Assembly (NCBI GenBank): GCA_002633005.1 | Contig: NMRA01000041.1 | Span: forward strand, 997,294-1,061,293 | Direction: 5' to 3' | DNA: 64,000 nucleotides | Source: Phoronis australis | Lineage: Eukaryota; Animalia; Phoronida | Part shown: positions 58,189 to 64,000 of the stretch, piece after piece | Layout of the letters: each line of letters starts with the position of its first letter | Position numbering within the stretch: position 1 is the stretch's first letter | The notes under the pieces: model-generated | The model's input: the letters and a program-made list of their open reading frames with translations, nothing else | Database searches by the model: none | What the model was told of the DNA's origin: nothing | Position numbers and translations under genes: made by a program

Positions 58189-61100
58189 TCAGCTGGCCAG
58201 CAAAGCTTCTTTTGGCTTGGACTTCTCCTTTTGCCTTTCTGTAATCAAAAAAAAGAAGAAACATGCAGTCTTGATACACTTAAGTAAGAAACAGATCTGT
58301 AATATATGAAGTTCTAGATTTTACCAAATAATGTATAGACATCCAGGCATAGATTTTTGATCCAGCCAGACAGCTCTGATCTTCCTCGAAAACAAAAACA
58401 ATGGCGGATCGACCTCCCACCGGACATGAATGTTGTACAATTTCTGGTCACGGAGAGACAATATGATGAGGAAGAAGAGGAGAAATAAAACACCAAAGAA
58501 GAAAGAGAGGGACATTAAGTTTTTGATGATGATGACGACGATGATGATGATTATTTTGATGATGGTTATGACCATGATGATGACGACAATGATGACCATG
58601 ATGATGATGAGATAATGACCATGATGATGATATGATGATGATGATGGTGATGATGATGATGATATTATGACCATGATGATGATATGATGATGATGATATG
58701 ATGATGATGATGGTGATGATGATGATGATATGATGATGGTGATGATGATGATGGTGATGATGATGATGGTGATGATGGTGATGGTGNNNNNNNNNNNNNN
58801 NNNNNNNNNNNNNNNNNNNNNNNNNNNNNNNNNNNNNNNNNNNNNNNNNNNNNNGATGATGATGACGATGAGGATGATGATGGTGATGATGACGATGAGG
58901 ATGATGATGACGATGATATGATGATGAGGATGACGATGATATGATGATATGATGATGATGACGATGATTATGGTGATGATGATGATGATGATGATTATGA
59001 CCATGAGGATATGTTGGATTAAAAAGATTTTGTTGATCGTGAAAATAAAAAATTATAATGATGAAGAGAAGATGATGAAGGTGTTTTCTGCAAAGATGAC
59101 TGTCTTCTCCCTGCCCAAATAGTTACCATCCCTCTGACCACCCTGTCTAAGATAATAACTTCTCTTTCTTTCTGCAGCCGTAAACCTGGCATTGACTTCT
59201 TCCAACAGTGTAATGTCATCAGACAGTTACCAGCTTCCTCAGGCATTCCTGAACCATATCGTCATCAGCTGGTGGGTTCACAGTATTGGCCAATTCACTA
59301 TACGTCCAGCCATTGCCCCAACTTTTTGTCCATGGCCATACCACAACCAACAAGAATCCTTCCCTGCTACCTCACTTTCTACTGGACACTCGTCTGTCTT
59401 TTCCTCACACTACAAGAGTCTGCCTTATTGCCGACCACACCACTGTGTCTGGCTGAACTCTGGTCAGAACCATTTCCTCTGGGAACACTATTCGCGTCTT
59501 TAGATCCACTCTCATCCCCCAGTTGTGCCATCTTGTATACTGAGCTGACTCATCAGTCGCTTTTGTTGATCTCCTGGTCTCATGAACTGTATCTGTTGTT
59601 TGACTCTTGGTTGCTTAGCTCTGTTCTATTACCCTTGGTCCCGTACATCTGCAAGTGACATTTAGTATTTGACCATACTGCCACCTGTTTCCCTATGATA
59701 CTGGTTATGTCTTCACCCTTGCATTTGCAATTGTACAAGATGGTTGTAAAACTCCATTTTTCCACATTCTCCAGTAGAGTAACCATGTCCTGCTAATACT
59801 CTTTCCATGCTTTCTCATCACACATTTTTGGCCACTCAATCTTTTCTCTTCTTGCAGCTGGATCCTGTCTCTCTGTTGACCTCTCCTTCATAGCGACAGT
59901 ACTGTTGCCCAGAAAGACATTGTCTTAGAGAATCTCAGCCCTTTGAGACTCTTCCTGTCTGAGACTCTCCGGCACCTCATTAGAATTAACTTCTTTGCTC
60001 CGACTTTGTCTCTCTGAATGGCCAATGATTTCGGAAGATGAATCTGCAATCCTCTGGACTCTCATGATGAAGATGCAGAGTAAGATGATGATGATTATGA
60101 TAAAGAAGTAAAAGAACAAATGCTGTGTAAAAAAGATGATGAAGATGATAATAAGATGAAGAAGAAGAAGAAGACCCATGTATTTACCTGGTAACTCATC
60201 TTGTGGGACTTCAGGTAATGCAATGTCTGGTTCGGCAGCCTGTATTTTGGGTGTTGTAGCCTGTCAAGACATATGTGAAATGAAGCATCACTTTTACATT
60301 AAAAAACCTTGATTTCACACACTTAATACTTAACTATGCTCCAAAAAAGTTTAGAAATATTTATAAACATCTTTAAACAAAGGAAAAGCTGGTCAACGAT
60401 GTATTTTTGTCAGGGGAAAACTGTATGCAGTGTCTTAAACTGAAGAGAACCCATGTCCAAAATTTGAGGAAACAGTATAGCATTGGAAAATGCATGCGTG
60501 TTGAGGAATATTTAGTACAAAAAACTTTGACCTAATACTAAGGCAGAAGGCTGAGTAATGGTCTCTGGAGTCCTTCATATGCTGAGCCCTGCGTGGTGTC
60601 TTTGTAACTCAGCTGGAATTGTTTTGCCTTAAATGCAGGAAGGGGTGCTTGGGTGCTTTAGCACCTTTGAAAAAGAAATTCCTTCATTCAAGTCATGCAT
60701 GACTTAGCATCTGTCTGAATCATACTATTTGAACAACACGTTTAACATCCATGGATCCACTTAGGAAGGCAATTCCTGAGTTCAATTTTTGCACCTGGAG
60801 AGTTGAAAATTTTCAGAATTTTTCAACTCTTACTTGCATTAAACATTTTCATGGTAGTTTGAAAAGTTGAAGTATAAAATGCGCATTTTTAAAAGATACC
60901 TCAATAATAGAATCGAGTTCTGCCAATACATCATCTTCATCCTCTTGCGTTAGATTTCCAGCCAAAAGGGCATCAATTTCCTGCACAATGAAAATAAACC
61001 ATCACAAATCATCAATTAATGAAAATCTTGAATATTTTTTGTATACTTCCTCAATGAATGTTGCAGTTCCCGAGGGAAGGTGGCCATAAAATGAAAATGA

Positions 61101-62803
61101 TACAGGTTCAAAGTATACATTGCTGAAGGGGGGACAGTCAAAGTGTTACAACAATACTTAGGGCATTTCTAAAATGTCTGTTGTAGCCTTAGTTCACTGA
61201 AACCAAATCAACTACAATGAGTGAGTGCAATTACCGTGGGACTTGTTGAGTAGAACAACATAAGACACTGAATGTCACAATTAGGAACCAGTATTTACTG
61301 GTTCCTATGTGACAAACAACCTGGTTTGTTGTAACATGATTTGTCTGAATTCAATTCTCCCAACTCTCAATTTGTAACTGCCTTTCCTACACTTCATCCA
61401 CTCTAGTTTCTGATTATGATTTTGGCAAACTGTAATTGGACAAACCTCAGACAACGAGTTTGGTGGTCTGAGGACAAACCGACAATACAAATAGCGACTC
61501 TGTCAGCTGAGAAACAACCCTTCAAAAACGAAGTAACTTTACAGCCAGAACTATGCTTTAGCCATTGAGAGCGTAGAACAATTTGTAATACAGACCGCTG
61601 CTTTGGTAATGATGAGAATTTCAGAGAACTTGTAACCGGGTGTGCATGCATAGAACTAAGAGCTATCTTACTGTTTTATGTGACTTCGGTTTAACAAACG
61701 TGCTTTTAAATTGAAACTGTTCTCCTTGAATCCTGCCTTGTTTCACTTTTGTGTTTGGATTCCTTTATAGCAAAGTTACCATGAATTAGACTATAATAAA
61801 ACAATTTTGACCCCCGGTCATTAAAGCTGCAGAAAGCCAAACATTCTGTTGTTAAGTTTTGACATAAACTTCTTAATAATAGAAAACTGACCCCAACTTG
61901 TTTCTTCGAAAAATTAGAAGTGAGGTTAGAATGAACTGACAGAGCCTGACACGCCTAGTTACTTACTGCGCTCAAAGCATAATGACCAATGTACCAAATA
62001 GTACACCATCTAGTTTCTGGTTACGAAACCAGTATATTAGGTCAGCCATATTGCTTTTGATGACTTGACTCAGTGTGTCAAGGCAACTTACTTACAAGTT
62101 TCTACTCAAAATTAGTGGCTTCTACAAAGATATGAGCCAAGAGTTACTGACTCAAGATAACTCACATTCTGATACTCCACCGAAGCCTGAGTTTCGTCCA
62201 TAATTCTTTCTACGTCTTCGATGGACATTATCTCATGCATCTTCTTCAGTGAAGCGTTACCGGTCTTCAACCCCTCCAGTACCTGAGACTCTACCTGAGC
62301 AAACTCTATGTCATGTACCTGAAGAAAATGATAATTAGGAGAATAAATTTAATATGTTGTACACAGACATGAGACATTTTTCAGCCTTGAGAAGCAAACC
62401 AAGAATCGCAAAAAAATCTAAGAGCCAACTTTGGAAATCAATCCAGGAAGCAAAGATCCTAAAGCTGATACCCTGCCTTATTTGTAGTTAGCATAAATAA
62501 CAGAAATTCGTAGTTTGAAAACTGGCGAAAAACACAAAGAGCACGACTGACATTTTGCAGGAATATGGTTCCGCGTACTCTGCGCTCCTGTGACCATTTT
62601 AGCTGGGACTGTCGATCGGCCTTTGGTAAAACAGACCTCTTATATAATACTGGAAATCCAGTGTGTACAATCAGGGTTATTAGAAACTTCACGTTATACA
62701 AATAGAAATCCCCACCAGTTGTTCAATATTGTCCAGCTGGCCATCTGTCTTCGTCAGTAAACCTTCCTGGAACTTCTTTTTCCTTAACAGAAGCTTAGCT
62801 TTG
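58189..62803 (-). CDS. CHMP6: ESCRT-III subunit CHMP6/Vps20 (Snf7 family), partial: last five coding exons; 5' exons lie beyond the window end
   Basis: Minus-strand exons 62803-62716 (KAKLLLRKKKFQEGLLTKTDGQLDNIEQL), 62318-62166 (VHDIEFAQVESQVLEGLKTGNASLKKMHEIMSIEDVERIMDETQASVEYQN), 60980-60900 (EIDALLAGNLTQEDEDDVLAELDSIIE), 60260-60188 (..IALPEVPQDELP, MIM2-like), 58238-58189 (ERQKEKSKPKEALLAS*). Phases are consistent; the last exon is least certain. Confidence 0.92.
58524..59005. repeat. Long degenerate (GAT)n microsatellite containing an assembly gap (N 58787-58854)
   Basis: Read directly; it explains the poly-Ile and poly-Met ORFs. Confidence 0.97.
59180..60060 (-). mobile_element. Decayed, internally deleted HERO/R2-group (restriction-like endonuclease) non-LTR retrotransposon in the last CHMP6 intron
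   Basis: Minus-strand peptides with stops and frameshifts: RREKIEWPKMCDEKAWKEY*QDMVTLLE..FTTILY (N-terminal region), RWQYGQIL, QIQFMRPG, MRVDLKTRIVFPEEMVLTRVQPDTVVWS (RLE PD motif). No reverse transcriptase motifs between them. Confidence 0.65.
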
Positions 62804-62909
62804 CTGCAAAGAATGAATCCACACTGATTAATTGCATATACCTTGTCCACTATTTGTTTGCGAAAGCTTTTCACAAAATTCATTCAGTAAATGCAAATCG
62901 CTGGTATTA

Positions 62910-63610
62910 CCGTAAAAATTCCCGAATTTCAGACAGTGAAAAAATAATTACTTTGAACCTGTCCAAAATGTCAAAATAAGACAATACTGGCTGTCCGAAA
63001 TTTGAGAAATATGAGAAAGATGGCAAAATCGACAGTGTCCGAAATCTTAGAATTTATACGATCGGCTACCGACAAAGTTTCAATTTGCGGTTTTAGTGGG
63101 ACGCAGGTTCTCAGAAAAAAATTGAGGCTGTGACTTGGTAACACGACAGTCTAATCCAAATACAAAGCTTGAGACTGTGGAGATTACGCGAAAGTCAGAG
63201 AACATAAGTTTTATTTGCAAAGTGCAATTGCGATCAAGCATAGCAAATATTTTGAGTCCATGATTACTTCCAAGAGAACGTGCGAGATATACACCAAACA
63301 ACCATCCATGTCAATAACTATAGACAGTGACATCAGCCAACACATTACACTGGCTGTAGTTTTAAACGATTTTAAAATAATCACCGTTATTTGATGAACT
63401 TCCAGATTAACATTCAGCCCCGATCATGCAAAAAGCGAACTGTCTGAAATGTGAGAATAACGCTAAAATCGATGTGTCCGAAATTTGAGAAACATGGTGA
63501 ATGCCAAATTCCACCGTGTCCTAAATTTCAGAATCCAAAAAATTCAGTTTGCGGTTGGATTTACGTGTCTGAAAATCTGGAGACTGTCTGAAATTCGGGA
63601 ATTTTTATCG
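62910..63610. mobile_element. TA-flanked Tc1/mariner/pogo-type MITE in a CHMP6 intron
   Basis: TA|CCGTAAAAATTCCCGAATTTCAGACAG ... CTGTCTGAAATTCGGGAATTTTTATCG|TA; repeated internal TGTCYGAAA motifs. Confidence 0.85.
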
Positions 63611-64000
63611 TACTTCCCAAAATTATTTACCCTTACTGTAGGTGGCGCATGGATACATCACCTGGGGTATATAAACTAGTTAAACAGTAAAAAAAAACAA
63701 ATAGCAATGTAACAGTCATCTCTTTCAAATCAAGTCACAATGAAATACACTTACAACTGAAATGCTTTTTAAACTATCTGAAGGCGATACAAAAAGCAGC
63801 TTACAGGAAGGTGTTAGACAGTTACTTAAAAATTAATGCAAAGAGATGAATGATTTTCAAGCAAAATTCCCACTATTCGAAGTGGTGCTTCAAAAGATGA
63901 CAACTGATAAGAAGGGAACTTTTTAAATGACTTTTTTTGGAAAATTTATATAAAAGCCCATAATTTTTTTCAAAATGGGAAGCTGATTTTGTAATGGAAG

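Noticed and set aside
58321-59004. 227-aa poly-Ile ORF and poly-Met ORFs
   Set aside because: Translations of a (GAT)n microsatellite spanning an N gap.
59200-59270. CTGATGA and CTGAGGA motifs on the minus strand suggesting another hammerhead
   Set aside because: No correctly placed GAAA and stem II; treated as part of the retroelement 3' end.

Overview
Eukaryotic (bilaterian invertebrate, probably spiralian; species not determinable) genomic DNA, AT-rich, with spliced genes that the ORF track only shows as fragments. Splicing by hand gives five protein genes: FoxK (+, 8 coding exons, 3631-23259, FHA plus forkhead, one GC-AG intron), an intronless rhodopsin-class peptide-receptor-like GPCR (-, 33186-34487), CFAP52/WDR16 (+, 11 exons, 41356-49373), ATG12 (-, 4 exons, 51472-54773) and the 3' five exons of CHMP6/Vps20 (-, 58189-62803, 5' end beyond the window). 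Introns and intergenic DNA hold many non-autonomous mobile elements: CAG-ended MITEs with 5-bp target duplications, a three-layer transposon nest, a Helentron-type element, a tRNA-derived SINE, a TA-flanked MITE, a THAP relic and an internally deleted HERO/R2-group retrotransposon. The most unusual features are a ~355-bp palindrome with a minimal hammerhead-ribozyme motif at each end (31161-31515) and a ~1.27-kb tandem-plus-inverted repeat abutting the RFX X-box promoter of CFAP52. There is no CRISPR array, rRNA gene or prokaryotic system. Family names come from recalled motifs, not database searches.
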